Made by a program: the position numbers and the translations under genes. Shown here piece after piece: positions 60,981 to 64,000 of a stretch of DNA of 64,000 nt; within the stretch, counting starts at the first letter, position 1, and each line of letters starts with the position of its first letter. Location: contig CATNEN010000027.1 in assembly GCA_950097015.1 (NCBI GenBank), positions 434,001 through 498,000 on the forward strand, read 5' to 3'. Source of the stretch: Macrostomum hystrix. Lineage: Eukaryota; Animalia; Platyhelminthes. Under the pieces are notes generated by a model. The model made no database searches, had not been told where the DNA came from, and saw only the letters and a program-made list of their open reading frames with translations.

Positions 60981-62053
60981 CTGTAAAGTTCTCAGCTTTT
61001 AGTGTTTGCAGTGTCGATGTAACTAAATTTTAATGATTTTAAATAACATTTCGTGGGGATCTGCAAAAAGTTAAAGTGAATAAGCAATCAGAACTTGTTT
61101 TCTTAACAAGAATTCAAACTAAATATATTTGTTTAATATAGATTTCCTAGCTTCGATAAAACAGTTGACAAAATACAAAGCTGAAACGCGTCATAGCCAC
61201 TAAAATTGGAAATCAAAAGATGGTAAGTTTTTACTTAATTCAGATGGGAGGTACCGGGTATAAAGAAAAAATTTTTGATTAGTCAGTCAATCTCAATACC
61301 AAACTATATTACTATTGAATAATAATATATAAAAAGTGCTGGCTAATTCAGATTTATAGTGTTGCTATTTTTAGAACATCTAACCGGAGAAACCCCAGCA
61401 CGTGACTCACCTCGCAGCCAATCAAATTCGCGAATAATTAGAGGCAAATTGGGGTCAAAATCCGCCAAAACACGCAATGCAACTCAACACAATGCGGCAA
61501 ATAGAAGAGAAAATGCAACTTACTTACCAAGCAAAATAGCAATAAACATAAAAAATTATATATCATCAAGCGAGAATTGCTTCAATGAGTTGGTAGATTG
61601 TAAAATTTTTTAACTAATTTTATGACTAACATTTGTAAGAACATCTGCAAGCAAAAAAGATGACACCCTAGCAACTGATTTAGCTAGATATTAGTTGAAA
61701 CAAGGAGATCAATTGTGCTGCACTTTAAAGGAAATATTAAACTTAATAAATTTCCCTAAATATTATCTTGACTTGTAACGGAAATCACTTGATTTTAGGA
61801 CAATAATTCGTATATTTTAGGATAAAAATCGTTGATTTTGGAATTTATTTATATTATTCCTCTAGCCTACGCCTTAGAGTTAAAAAAATCAAGAAAGTTG
61901 AGAAATATTTCATTCCACGAGCTAATAATTCAACGAGCTAATAGGCATCCATTAAACTAAAGAAATCTAACTGTAGCAGCATGATTTGACTTTGCTAAAA
62001 TTAACCTCAATTCATCAAAACGATGCGACAGAAAGATATTTGAGAACTGCTAC

Positions 62054-63874
<1,821 letters not shown>

Positions 63875-64000
63875 CTAGAATGATGAATTTTATCTGTAGC
63901 ATTAAAATAGAATGCGATTCAAGATTCGTTAAAAGAACATCGTTAATCAGAAATCGTTACATAGAAAGTTAATTTAAAAAATCCATCATTGGCCGTCCAA

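Overview
Eukaryotic (metazoan) genomic DNA, not prokaryotic. GC-rich exons with GT-AG introns sit in AT-rich spacers, and almost every intron or spacer carries its own minisatellite. The style (homopolymer-rich proteins, minisatellite-filled introns, genes starting at an unpaired 3' splice site, an RTE-type LINE remnant) suggests a free-living flatworm of the Macrostomum type; this is an inference, not a database result. The + strand carries a small secreted prepropeptide gene (1764-2018, candidate novel cationic antimicrobial/lytic peptide) and a co-oriented run SGF11/ATXN7L3, ECD, NUPR1/p8, E2F4/5, CHP1 (7.4-20.0 kb). The - strand carries the 3' part of ATAD3, a BTB-BACK-Kelch gene, NFS1 and a multi-exon GPR158/179-like class C GPCR (at least 25.5-34.7 kb). 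Two tRNA-derived SINE families, MITE-like elements and about 28 tandem arrays are present. Most long ORFs in the supplied track are artefacts of these arrays. Most notable: the peptide precursor, and two genes (ECD, SGF11) whose reading frame begins in phase at an acceptor with no ATG, as expected if a trans-spliced leader supplies the start codon.
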